DNA from: an uncultured virus (IMG/VR IMGVR_UViG_3300004369_000007)
Lineage: Duplodnaviria > Heunggongvirae > Uroviricota > Caudoviricetes
DNA length: 64,000 bases
Direction: 5' to 3' (one strand)
IMG/VR virus record: IMGVR_UViG_3300004369_000007
This document shows positions 30,443 through 39,431 of this stretch, piece after piece. The notes below the pieces were generated by a model, which did no database searches, was not told where the DNA came from, and saw only the letters and a list, made by a program, of their open reading frames with translations. Both the position numbers and the translations under genes were made by a program. The number at the start of each line of letters is the position of its first letter. Position 1 is the stretch's first letter.

Positions 30443-31260
30443 ATTAATCCCTCACGCAATTCAGGGATTCCTTCCCAAGAAACATTTCCACCACCAACGG
30501 TTAGAGTTTCCCAAGTTTTGCCCACTAATTCGGTGTTGGTTTTACTGCTGAGTAATTCAGCCTTATACACAACATCATTCTTTTTGCGTGTTCTTCTTGT
30601 TGAAATAATTTGATACAGATAATCCCCCCAATTATGCCAGTTTGGTTTAGAACCAATAACTTCTCCTGTTGCTCCGTAATCTGCTTTAGCATGAGTAATG
30701 TAAATTTGGTCGCAATCAAGATTCTTGCACATCATAAGAAGAGAATAGAATGGTGCGTTTCGCTTTCCCCACTCAAACTTCATCTTTTGAGGCTTTCCAA
30801 TCTTTGAAGAACCAGTTACATTTAAAGTGCAACAATCAAGCCATTTATCAATTCCATCAAAAACAAACAAAATATCTTCACCTTCTTCAATCTTTGACTT
30901 CACAAATAAAACAAAATCTTCTGAGTTTGCTTCGGACTTTTGAATATCCAATTCCCCATTTTTGTTTCGCACTTCGGGATTCCAAAGAGTAATCCTATCA
31001 CTCATTTCATGGTTTTGTCGCCATGTTGGTTCGCAACCATCATCCCAGTCAAGAACATAAATCTGTTTATCTGGAAAATCTAAAGCCAAACCGCTTTTAA
31101 CAGTCTTAGGCTCTCCCCAAATACCACAAATAAGGCGATTGTTTCTAGCCATTCGTCCTTCTGTTTGTTTCTTCAACTTTTCTTTGAAGGCAACAACTCT
31201 TGCGTTGTTAGTCATTCCTTCATCAACTGCGTTTGTTTTATTATTATTGGTTAATCCCAT
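30439..31260 (-). CDS. P-loop ATPase (AAA_24/RecA-like)
   Basis: GIWGEPKTVKS, VLDWD, VFDGID, YITH. Confidence 0.65.
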   Translation of the reverse strand: MGLTNNNKTNAVDEGMTNNARVVAFKEKLKKQTEGRMARNNRLICGIWGEPKTVKSGLALDFPDKQIYVLDWDDGCEPTWRQNHEMSDRITLWNPEVRNKNGELDIQKSEANSEDFVLFVKSKIEEGEDILFVFDGIDKWLDCCTLNVTGSSKIGKPQKMKFEWGKRNAPFYSLLMMCKNLDCDQIYITHAKADYGATGEVIGSKPNWHNWGDYLYQIISTRRTRKKNDVVYKAELLSSKTNTELVGKTWETLTVGGGNVSWEGIPELREGLI

Positions 31261-31547
31261 TCTCTCACTTCTCCTTTAATATCTTCGTATTCAAATTCTA
31301 TTTCATTTCCTTTAGCGTTTGTCCAACTTTTGAACAGTTCTCTAACAGAATTAATATTATTCACCATAATTTTTGTTTCTTTATCACCAATATGAAACGC
31401 CACTAAATATGAAGTTTCATCTTTGTCGTTTAATCTGTAAGTCATAAATTCAACATCTCTTAAATCTATAATCCAACTTCCAGACTTAACTACAAAGCCA
31501 TTAGAGATAAATGCTGATTTGTAATCATTAATTGTAATCTTTTGCAT
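31251..31547 (-). CDS. Hypothetical protein
   Basis: 98-aa ORF with GGTGA RBS. Confidence 0.5.
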   Translation of the reverse strand: MQKITINDYKSAFISNGFVVKSGSWIIDLRDVEFMTYRLNDKDETSYLVAFHIGDKETKIMVNNINSVRELFKSWTNAKGNEIEFEYEDIKGEVREWD

Positions 31548-31629
31548 ATTTTCACCTTTTTAAAAACTAGAGGCTTCGCACCTCTATGGCCGTCATTAAC
31601 GCCAACGACTACACAAAAGGTGGTTTTAA

Positions 31630-32847
31630 TCAAAACCAGTCAAAGTCCTCTTCAACTGGAACTGAAACCTCAACTGCCGAACCATGACGAATAACGCAGT
31701 AAAGGCCAGAAACATTAATAGTAACTGGCTCAACTCCTTCATCAGTCGTTCTTTGACTAGTTCGCCCAATAACGATAACGGAAGAACCGATACCGAAATC
31801 AAGAGTCAAATGTTCGGGAATCCAACAGGTAGTAATACCCGTTGATTCAGAATCATAGTCCATTTCTGCATTTAAGTCAGTTAGGTTAATGATTCTGTTT
31901 CCGTTCTTTGTAGGAGTCATGTTCATATTACAAACAGTTCCGTCAGTAATCACATAACGGTCTTTAGAAGGGAGGGCTTGACGCTCAATGTGCGCTTTGT
32001 CCATATCAACAAGAGGAACAAGATGAGAATAGAAGTTCTCACGCAAACAATCCTCAAAGTCAAAAGACGACATATCACGGTAAAGTTCGTTTTCGGGATT
32101 CATTTCTGAGTTAAGAGAAAGACTGTTCAAAGTCAAGTCTTTAGCCCCATAAATATCAGTCCCGTTGTCGCTAGCGATACAAAGGAAATGCACCCATTCA
32201 AAGGTGTTTGGTGCAAATTGCACCCCTGCATCATTTTTGTAAGAGAAGTAATAGGTCTTCATTTCTCCTTGACCGATAGAGCCAAAGAAAATACCACTTC
32301 TTCGCATTTGTTCTGCGGGAAGAGGCTTACCATAATTGGTGTTTTTACCACCATTCATGTAGGTTGCGGTATTATCCAAAGGAATAAAGAAACGACCATC
32401 TCCTGCTTCTTCTGCACCAGAAGGAAGCGTTGAAACAGTCTTTTCACCGTATTCTCCGTTGTGATAGCGGGAAACAACCCACTTTCCAAGTGCATTTTGT
32501 GATGCAATAGCAACAATACCTTGTTCAAGGGCATTATCAGCATCACGCACAAACTCTTCTTGTGCCTTCATGCGATTCCAAGCCATCATGTCTCTAGGGG
32601 CATCAAGGGAAACAAAGAAACCAAATGCGGCTTTGTAGTAAGAATCATTACTTGTGGATGAATCTCCGCTATCTTGTGTTCTTCGCACATTCGCAACATA
32701 GTTACGCCAAAGACCCCTTGAAATGGGGTTAGTGGTTTCAATGTTGTTTTCGGAACAAATCTCTTCAAACTTGTTCGTCGCTTCTTCAACGCTCATACCA
32801 ATGTATTGTGCGCTTTTTTCAATTTCTGCTTTCATGTTTTCTTCCAT
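31630..32847 (-). CDS. Putative RPA/SSB (OB-fold) protein
   Basis: C-terminal OB-like ITDGTV...INLTD...TTCW...GSSVIVIG; acidic-aromatic tail EEDFDWF. Confidence 0.55.
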   Translation of the reverse strand: MEENMKAEIEKSAQYIGMSVEEATNKFEEICSENNIETTNPISRGLWRNYVANVRRTQDSGDSSTSNDSYYKAAFGFFVSLDAPRDMMAWNRMKAQEEFVRDADNALEQGIVAIASQNALGKWVVSRYHNGEYGEKTVSTLPSGAEEAGDGRFFIPLDNTATYMNGGKNTNYGKPLPAEQMRRSGIFFGSIGQGEMKTYYFSYKNDAGVQFAPNTFEWVHFLCIASDNGTDIYGAKDLTLNSLSLNSEMNPENELYRDMSSFDFEDCLRENFYSHLVPLVDMDKAHIERQALPSKDRYVITDGTVCNMNMTPTKNGNRIINLTDLNAEMDYDSESTGITTCWIPEHLTLDFGIGSSVIVIGRTSQRTTDEGVEPVTINVSGLYCVIRHGSAVEVSVPVEEDFDWF

Positions 32848-32887
32848 GTTTTTCACTTCCATTTTTTGTTTTTATTTTTGTTCAATT

Positions 32888-33796
32888 CTATGATAGTTGG
32901 CTAATTAACCAAGAGGCTAACACTTTTGGAGTCATAGTGGTTGAACGCCATTCGCTTTCTCCAATAGTTCTAAGGATTTTGAATTTCAAATTGCTCTCTA
33001 ATTCAGAATCAATTACTGCATCATGTAAGCCAATACAGACTTCACGGATAGTGAATCCGTTGTGTAAGAAGTCGTGCATACTGCTTAATGCTAAAGTATT
33101 TTTATTTACAATTTTCATTAATAATTTTTTATATTCGTTTAATCCTGCATCAATTTGCGATTTGAGGGTGGAATTGCTTGCCTTTGCCGCTTGTAGTTCC
33201 GTAATCGCCCTCCGCATATCACCATTCATCGCATATATAAAGGAGTCCAATTCATCTTGGGAGAATCGGGTTATTTCTTCAGCCTTGAGAATTGAAGTTA
33301 ATACTTCAAGGACAGCCTCATTAGAAAGCGGTTTAAAATGATAATTTGCACACCTACTTTGTAATGCAAAGATAATCTTATTTCTATCATTACAGGTAAT
33401 AATAAAACGAATATTGCTTGCATATCTTTCCATGATACGCTTTAGTGCGTTTTGGGCATCGGTAGTCATACCATCCATCTCGTCTAATAATACGATTCTA
33501 AATGGTGCATCACCAATTGTGCCGCTTTGTGCGATATTTTTAATTGTAGTTCGCACATTTTCTAATCGCCTATCATCTGACGCATTTACTTCAATGAAAT
33601 TATCTTGAAATGATTCACCTAAGATTTCTCTTCCAATCACTAATCCTGCTCCTGTTTTACCATTTCCTGGATTTCCGTATAATAGAATATTAGGCATATT
33701 ATTTTCTTCTATCCAACCCCTTGCATCAGATACAAAGTGTTCTTGTCCAATTACTTCATTTAATTTTTTTGGTCTATATTTTTCTGTCCATAGCAT
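32888..33796 (-). CDS. rfcS: Replication factor C small subunit
   Basis: WTEKYRP, GNPGNGKT, EVNASD, LLDEMD, AQNALKR, LQSRC, GDMR. Confidence 0.95.
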   Translation of the reverse strand: MLWTEKYRPKKLNEVIGQEHFVSDARGWIEENNMPNILLYGNPGNGKTGAGLVIGREILGESFQDNFIEVNASDDRRLENVRTTIKNIAQSGTIGDAPFRIVLLDEMDGMTTDAQNALKRIMERYASNIRFIITCNDRNKIIFALQSRCANYHFKPLSNEAVLEVLTSILKAEEITRFSQDELDSFIYAMNGDMRRAITELQAAKASNSTLKSQIDAGLNEYKKLLMKIVNKNTLALSSMHDFLHNGFTIREVCIGLHDAVIDSELESNLKFKILRTIGESEWRSTTMTPKVLASWLISQLS

Positions 33797-33798
33797 TA

Positions 33799-34041
33799 TT
33801 ATTCCTCCTTTAATTTCCAAAGAGCAGGATAAATATATTTATCGTTTGCTCTTACACATCCATATTTAGGATTAGATAGCATCCCTACTAATATATTATA
33901 TTCTGGAACTGTTCTTCTTTTCTTTAGGCCGCTATCATCTACTGCTGGTAAATCAATAATAGCATTATGAATCTGTCTTGATGTTAAGGGTTCTCTATCT
34001 TTTAATACTCTATGAATTAATTTTTTATATTGGTTTTTCAA
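33799..34041 (-). CDS. Small winged-helix-like protein
   Basis: LKDREPLTSRQI...W pattern. Confidence 0.45.
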   Translation of the reverse strand: MKNQYKKLIHRVLKDREPLTSRQIHNAIIDLPAVDDSGLKKRRTVPEYNILVGMLSNPKYGCVRANDKYIYPALWKLKEE

Positions 34042-34883
34042 ATGTATTCCTCCAATGAAGATTGCTGAATCTCAATTGGCGTAGTTTTATTTCTACGCTT
34101 TTTTTCACCAATTTTAAGTAGGCGACATTCAGCATTATTAAGTTTCTTTTTTGCATGTTCCTTAAATGCTTCATCTTTTAATAAAGCAGGAAGAAGCCTT
34201 TCGTTCTTAACACCAAGTCTTTTTGCTAGTTTAGGTATTTGTGAGTATGCTTTTCTTTTCGGCATATTTAACTGCCCAAAAAAACCACCTGTATGACAAT
34301 AGGCTAGCATCTCATAAAAATACCTTTGACTCCATCTTCTCTTAACTATTCCATCAACAAAAATTAATCTGTTAGGGTGCATATTTTCAGACAACCATGA
34401 TAAAATCTGAGTATCTGATGGTTTGTTAAACAACAATACCTCGGCAACTAAATCTCTATCTCTTTCTTTTAGAAAACCATTTACAATTGAATAGGTATCT
34501 CTTTCTAAGGAGAAAGGAGTTTCACTATTTGGTGCAATTGTTTTTATTTCTTCCTCAAGAAAATTATGAGAACCTGCTCTTTTAATTTTACACATATCCT
34601 TAATTTCTTTAGGGACAGATTTTTGATTAATAGAAGTCAATACTACTTGACCTTGATAATTTCGTATGATGTGCAAAATTGCAGACTTATCTGCATTGTA
34701 ATGCACATCTTCAATAACAATACCGTTCTCCACAGGAAATGAACCTATGTCAAAATCAATATCGTTTGCATAAAGAACGATTGGGTCATTTACAAATGTA
34801 AGTGCCTTTGTTGATTTTCCCGTTCCATTTTTGCCCGTTATTAAAATTGTTCTATTGTCATTATTTTTATTTGTCAATCCCAT
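34038..34883 (-). CDS. Degenerate AAA+ protein, probable RFC large subunit
   Basis: GKNGTGKS, IVIEDV; near rfcS. Confidence 0.55.
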   Translation of the reverse strand: MGLTNKNNDNRTILITGKNGTGKSTKALTFVNDPIVLYANDIDFDIGSFPVENGIVIEDVHYNADKSAILHIIRNYQGQVVLTSINQKSVPKEIKDMCKIKRAGSHNFLEEEIKTIAPNSETPFSLERDTYSIVNGFLKERDRDLVAEVLLFNKPSDTQILSWLSENMHPNRLIFVDGIVKRRWSQRYFYEMLAYCHTGGFFGQLNMPKRKAYSQIPKLAKRLGVKNERLLPALLKDEAFKEHAKKKLNNAECRLLKIGEKKRRNKTTPIEIQQSSLEEYI

Positions 34884-35278
34884 TAAATTACCCCTTTTAA
34901 TTCAAAAATTCTATCAAGTCCACTTGATGTTCTATGTTTATTTTCAGATATTAAACTAACTAATTCTCTAAATATTCCCCATTCATTCTTTGCGTCGGGC
35001 AATACTGGAACTAATTGTGTCAGTTTATACAGATTTTTAATGCCGCCAATTTTTAAGACTGGTTTAGGTCTTGTCTTTGATTCTTTTTCTTTGTAAGAAG
35101 ATATAATTTCATGTTGAAGTAGTGTTCTTTTTACTGCTCTAAGAAACGGTTCTTCAGCACGAAGAATAATTTTCACCCGAATACGATAGCCCATTTGGGC
35201 ATCTTTTACTCTTTCAATATTAAAGTCTAATTTACCCGAAGATAACAAGATACCGATAAGCATATCCTTACTATACAT
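34883..35278 (-). CDS. LAGLIDADG-fold protein (degenerate motif)
   Basis: LIGILLSSG helix, beta strands, C-terminal KHRTSSGLDRI. Confidence 0.6.
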   Translation of the reverse strand: MYSKDMLIGILLSSGKLDFNIERVKDAQMGYRIRVKIILRAEEPFLRAVKRTLLQHEIISSYKEKESKTRPKPVLKIGGIKNLYKLTQLVPVLPDAKNEWGIFRELVSLISENKHRTSSGLDRIFELKGVI

Positions 35279-35693
35279 AAGAACAACTCCTATCATTACC
35301 CATGTAGTCGTTTTTATATCTAAGATACTTTAAACCATCTTGAACAACTTCAATAATCTCATTCTCAATGTCTAATACATCTCCTGCAAAAACAAAAGAA
35401 ATTGAGGTTCCTTGAAATGTATTCCAAGCAACTGCTTTTTCTTCGTTAATGTATTCTGAAAATATTGCAGTTTCAAGTTGAAAGCCTTTACAGTTTAAGT
35501 GAAAAACTAAGCCTTTGATAAGAATGGCTAATTCTTCATCTTTCATATCACCATATACAATAAAAGTAAAACTCGTTACTGTCCCAAATTCCTCTATCCA
35601 ATTTTGGATTTGGGTATCGGCAATCATACTATCAATCCTGAATATATTCTGTGTTTGAAGGCCAATAACCATTTGGTGCAGTATTTGTTTCAA
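35271..35693 (-). CDS. Hypothetical protein
   Basis: ORF in tight operon; start uncertain. Confidence 0.5.
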   Translation of the reverse strand: MKQILHQMVIGLQTQNIFRIDSMIADTQIQNWIEEFGTVTSFTFIVYGDMKDEELAILIKGLVFHLNCKGFQLETAIFSEYINEEKAVAWNTFQGTSISFVFAGDVLDIENEIIEVVQDGLKYLRYKNDYMGNDRSCSYV

Positions 35694-36075
35694 GCCAAAA
35701 GAAGTGCGCCGCAGTTAGGCGAGAGTCGCCCCTGTTAATAGCGTTTTCTTCTGCGTTGCTTACAAGATTGGAAATCGCAGTTTCCACCCATTGTGTAATG
35801 AAATACTTTGCTTCATTTGATATTTGTAAATCAGTAGTTTCTTTTATTAACTGAGTTACATTGATTTTAGTGGTAGGTTTAGGTTTTTCATACTTGGGTT
35901 TTTCAGGTATAATGATTTGGTTATTTTCAATATAAGGACAATACTTCTGTAAAATTAATTTAGGTCTTCCCTGTTCATGTAGAATATTTTTAAGATGAGC
36001 ATAGCCTTCTTCATCAACTTTTAAACACCTATATGTTACTGCATCAATAATTGTCATTTCTCCTTGCTGAATCAT
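35632..36075 (-). CDS. Histone-fold protein with N-terminal extension
   Basis: VTQLIKETTDLQISNEAK...LVSNAEENAINRGDSRLTAAHF aligns by eye to the HMf-type fold. Confidence 0.7.
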   Translation of the reverse strand: MIQQGEMTIIDAVTYRCLKVDEEGYAHLKNILHEQGRPKLILQKYCPYIENNQIIIPEKPKYEKPKPTTKINVTQLIKETTDLQISNEAKYFITQWVETAISNLVSNAEENAINRGDSRLTAAHFFWLETNTAPNGYWPSNTEYIQD

Positions 36076-36446
36076 AATTCATCCCTCGCTTGTTCAAGAA
36101 TTGCTTTTATTAAATCAACACTTTGGCCTTGTTCAATAAAATTAAGAGCCGTAAGTAAAATCTGTTGCATTCTTTCATTAGTTTGCACCTGTTCTTTAAG
36201 GCCAAGATTTTGCACAATTTTTTCTTTAGTGTTTTTACGCATATAATCTGTTTCGCCCATCTCTTGCATAAGAACAAAACGCCGTTGATATAAACCATCA
36301 AGTTGAGTCTTGATTGTTTTCATTCTAGCAAAGGAAGTCCCAATTGCTGTATTACATTGTTTAAGACTCATTTCAGAAATCTTACGGCATCGTCCAATAA
36401 TATCAGGATAATATTTTGTATTCCAAACTGCTTGTTCTTCTTTCAT
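36072..36446 (-). CDS. Hypothetical helical protein
   Basis: 124-aa ORF overlapping neighbours. Confidence 0.5.
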   Translation of the reverse strand: MKEEQAVWNTKYYPDIIGRCRKISEMSLKQCNTAIGTSFARMKTIKTQLDGLYQRRFVLMQEMGETDYMRKNTKEKIVQNLGLKEQVQTNERMQQILLTALNFIEQGQSVDLIKAILEQARDEL

Positions 36447-37990
36447 TCTAATCTCTCCACATCATTTAAAGTATTAATATCAGCAACGAACTTATCATCA
36501 CGAATACGAACACAACGAGGGAACCTAAGTCCAATGTTCCCCTTTTCATCACGGCTAACCAAATCAGCCTTTACTTCTAAAATAACAACAGGTGAAACAA
36601 AGAATTGGCCATTTTCAAACGACTCAACATTACGCCGAAGGGTATTAGTGAGGCTGATTAAATCGCTATCCGAGAAGCCTGTCCCACACCAGCCAACGCT
36701 ATGAAAACCATTATCAGCCTTCACGCCTAACTCGTAAGTGCCGAAAACACTTGACCTCTTTCCTTCCCCGTATTTTGCGGAGAGGACAACAACATCAAGA
36801 TTAATCTGTGGAGGTTTGTATTTAGCCCAAGAAACGGAGCGTTTTCCTGATTGATATGGTTGGCTTGCATCTTTAACGATGATTCCTTCAAACCCTTCGT
36901 TGATTGCTTCATGGTAAAAAGCCATAATGTCTCCCTCGGTAATTCGGTGTGCTTGATTCGGCAAGTCTTTCATCTTCTCTAAGCGTTCTGTGTATGACAA
37001 ATCCATGACTGTTTCATTGTTCAACATAAGACAATCAAAAATAACCCATTCAACCTTGACCTTTTCCATAGCCTCTTGAATATCATTTGAATGAACCCTT
37101 GTTCCCATTTGCTTATGAGGTGCAGGTGCGCCATTTTCTAAGATAGGATAGATTTCACCATCAAGAATTGCATTTTGAACACCATAGGCTTGAACTAATT
37201 CAACAATATCAGGGAATTGATTAGTAACAATCTTACCTTTGCGGTTAAAAATCATAGTTTTGTTACCATCAATATGAATTTGGTATCTGTTTCCATCGTA
37301 TTTGTAATCAACAACAAAGTTAGACGGCCACTTATTCATCGGAACTTCCTTAGCAAGCATTGGTTTGATGAATTTTCCATATGTTAGATTACATGGAGGA
37401 TTAGAGCCAGCAACATAATGAGAAACAACCACTTCAATAGAATTAAAATTCAAATGTTTCTTCACATCTGCTTGCTTCTTATTGTAGTGCTTGGCGATAA
37501 TCTTCGCAACTGTTCCTTCATTTATTCCGTTTCGTGGAGTTCTTAGCATATAACGAATAAACCAGCGTCGTGCGTTTGCAGACATAGCCAAAATTGTTTC
37601 CTCAAGAATAGAGAACTCATTAGAATCAAGTTTTCCGCAGTTCATATTTAAAATACGATAAACATACTGAACAGAAAAGTTTCGCTGTTTTTCTGCCGAT
37701 GGGTCAAGGTGATAAATTGCTTCGCCCAAGTCATCGTGAGCATACATCAATCCATCAATTTCATCGTCAAAAACATCAAAGATTTTAGCCATCCATTTCT
37801 TTGCTTTTGCTAAACCGAGATTATTTGCTTCAAGGGTATCTTTGTCAAGAATCTGCAAAACCAAAGAAGGACTACTCTTCTCCGTCGTAAATGTTTCCAA
37901 GTCCCGTGAAATCCGACTTATCTGTTGAGTCGGTGTCAATTGGTCTGTCGCTTGTAGCATTCTGCTCATATTTTCCCATGTCATTTTCAA
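36443..37990 (-). CDS. lig: ATP-dependent DNA ligase
   Basis: PMLA, KYDGNR, LDGEI, FDCL, EGIIVK, LRFPR..RIRDDK. Confidence 0.95.
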   Translation of the reverse strand: MKMTWENMSRMLQATDQLTPTQQISRISRDLETFTTEKSSPSLVLQILDKDTLEANNLGLAKAKKWMAKIFDVFDDEIDGLMYAHDDLGEAIYHLDPSAEKQRNFSVQYVYRILNMNCGKLDSNEFSILEETILAMSANARRWFIRYMLRTPRNGINEGTVAKIIAKHYNKKQADVKKHLNFNSIEVVVSHYVAGSNPPCNLTYGKFIKPMLAKEVPMNKWPSNFVVDYKYDGNRYQIHIDGNKTMIFNRKGKIVTNQFPDIVELVQAYGVQNAILDGEIYPILENGAPAPHKQMGTRVHSNDIQEAMEKVKVEWVIFDCLMLNNETVMDLSYTERLEKMKDLPNQAHRITEGDIMAFYHEAINEGFEGIIVKDASQPYQSGKRSVSWAKYKPPQINLDVVVLSAKYGEGKRSSVFGTYELGVKADNGFHSVGWCGTGFSDSDLISLTNTLRRNVESFENGQFFVSPVVILEVKADLVSRDEKGNIGLRFPRCVRIRDDKFVADINTLNDVERLE

Positions 37991-38113
37991 TCATCTCCTT
38001 ATTGTTATTTATTTCTCTAATCAGTTGTTTTAGAAGCCTACTGATTCTTCCTTCATTCTTCTCCGAATAAGTCCACATAGCGTTTGCTAGATAGACCCAA
38101 TCATTCCTCTTCA
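37956..38113 (-). CDS. Hypothetical protein (boundaries approximate; ORF track extends to 37872)
   Basis: MKRNDWVYLANAMW... ORF fills the gap between genes. Confidence 0.35.
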
Positions 38114-38454
38114 TTGTTTTCCTCTCCATCCAATCGTTGAAGAAGCCGCAAGAAATTCATCATTAATTGCTCAACAACCTTCACTTCTTCATACATTTGT
38201 GCGTCCATAAATCTATGCAACATATGAATTAATGATGCTTGAGTAATTGCTGGTGCTAATCTTGCTAAAGAATCGTTTGTATAGATTTCCCAATAACAAA
38301 CAAAAGAGGCTCTTGCTAAATAATTTCCATTTACTACATCATTATATCCCGAATTAAAAGCCTCAAGAGCAAGACCTTTTAGTTGTTTCTTCATCTCTTT
38401 AGACCAAGAATCAAATTTCTTGTTGTTGGTTGTAATCAAATATAGTTTATTCAT
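38101..38454 (-). CDS. Hypothetical protein
   Basis: ORF in operon. Confidence 0.5.
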   Translation of the reverse strand: MNKLYLITTNNKKFDSWSKEMKKQLKGLALEAFNSGYNDVVNGNYLARASFVCYWEIYTNDSLARLAPAITQASLIHMLHRFMDAQMYEEVKVVEQLMMNFLRLLQRLDGEENNEEE

Positions 38455-38710
38455 TCTTTTCACCGTCCATAAATTCTCTCATAGCCTGATAAAACTTACC
38501 GAAACACAAATCAATATGTTCTTTTTGAACACGACAACCTCTTCCACCTTTAGGCGGAACAGTCATACTTTCTTCAACATATTGTGCAAACAAATCAATA
38601 ATCTTACCAGCACAAGTTCCAAACCGAGGAACAGCATTATGTCCATATTGTCTTTCTTCATTTGCCGCCCGTAGGCTTTGTTTTGATTGAACATCACTCA
38701 CTCTCTTCAT
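38447..38710 (-). CDS. Possible second histone-fold protein
   Basis: Short helix, loop, long helix, then RVQKEHIDL resembling histone L2-alpha3. Confidence 0.4.
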   Translation of the reverse strand: MKRVSDVQSKQSLRAANEERQYGHNAVPRFGTCAGKIIDLFAQYVEESMTVPPKGGRGCRVQKEHIDLCFGKFYQAMREFMDGEKNE

Positions 38711-38915
38711 TTAATTCTCTCCTTAAAATTTGTAATAACAATTTTGCTTCATCAACATTCAAACGAATGCCTTTATTTGTTGGTTTGTCATTACGATACC
38801 AACGAATATCCATGACATCTATATTCCAATAGATACCACGCTTTATTTTACAGTCCAGTTCAGCATTACGGACTATGGTTCCTTTGACTTCTAATTCATC
38901 TGTCAATTCATCCAC
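38694..38915 (-). CDS. PC4/YdbC-like ssDNA-binding protein
   Basis: MDIRWY...PTNKGIRL..DE motif. Confidence 0.7.
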   Translation of the reverse strand: MDELTDELEVKGTIVRNAELDCKIKRGIYWNIDVMDIRWYRNDKPTNKGIRLNVDEAKLLLQILRRELNEESE

Positions 38916-39301
38916 CCCTGTTTAAATTTATCAAGTTCCTGTTTTGATGTAAAATATCTTGGAGTATCTAAATCATCCAAACGATTCACAACCCAACAAA
39001 CACCACCTAGACTAGAAATTTGAACAACTTCATATTGCCCTTTATTAACTTCCAACACTTCAGAGGTATTGATTTCTGGAACTAAACCATATTTTTTGGT
39101 TATTTCTTTCGCTACTTCATGAATGTTTTCAACAACATACTTAATGATATGTGCTCTTTGAATGGGGATTTTTGGCGCAACTTCAATTGCTAATTCTCCA
39201 GTCATTCCGCAGACTTTACATTTATTTCCCACACAAATAGGGCATTTAACCCTTGCTTTATGAGGTGCGGGTAAAGTAACAGTTACTGCTTTTTCCATCA
39301 A
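38903..39301 (-). CDS. Zn-finger protein (DnaJ-type CxxCxG repeats)
   Basis: CPICVG..CKVCGMTG. Confidence 0.55.
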   Translation of the reverse strand: MMEKAVTVTLPAPHKARVKCPICVGNKCKVCGMTGELAIEVAPKIPIQRAHIIKYVVENIHEVAKEITKKYGLVPEINTSEVLEVNKGQYEVVQISSLGGVCWVVNRLDDLDTPRYFTSKQELDKFKQGWMN

Positions 39302-39429
39302 GAATGCCTCCTTTCTACACTAAAGGTTCCATCTTTTTGTCTAAGCAAAATAACTAACGAGCCATCAGCATAAACAACGGTCATTCTTACAATTTCATTA
39401 TCTAATAACATATTTAGAGCATCTACCAT
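39298..39429 (-). CDS. Small hypothetical protein (43 aa; not in ORF track)
   Basis: MVDALNMLLDNEIVRMTVVYADGS...; GGAGG RBS. Confidence 0.45.
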   Translation of the reverse strand: MVDALNMLLDNEIVRMTVVYADGSLVILLRQKDGTFSVERRHS

Positions 39430-39431
39430 AT

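Noticed and set aside
30439..34883. Two ATPases both starting MGLTN.N
   Set aside because: Only five to six residues in two genes; may be chance
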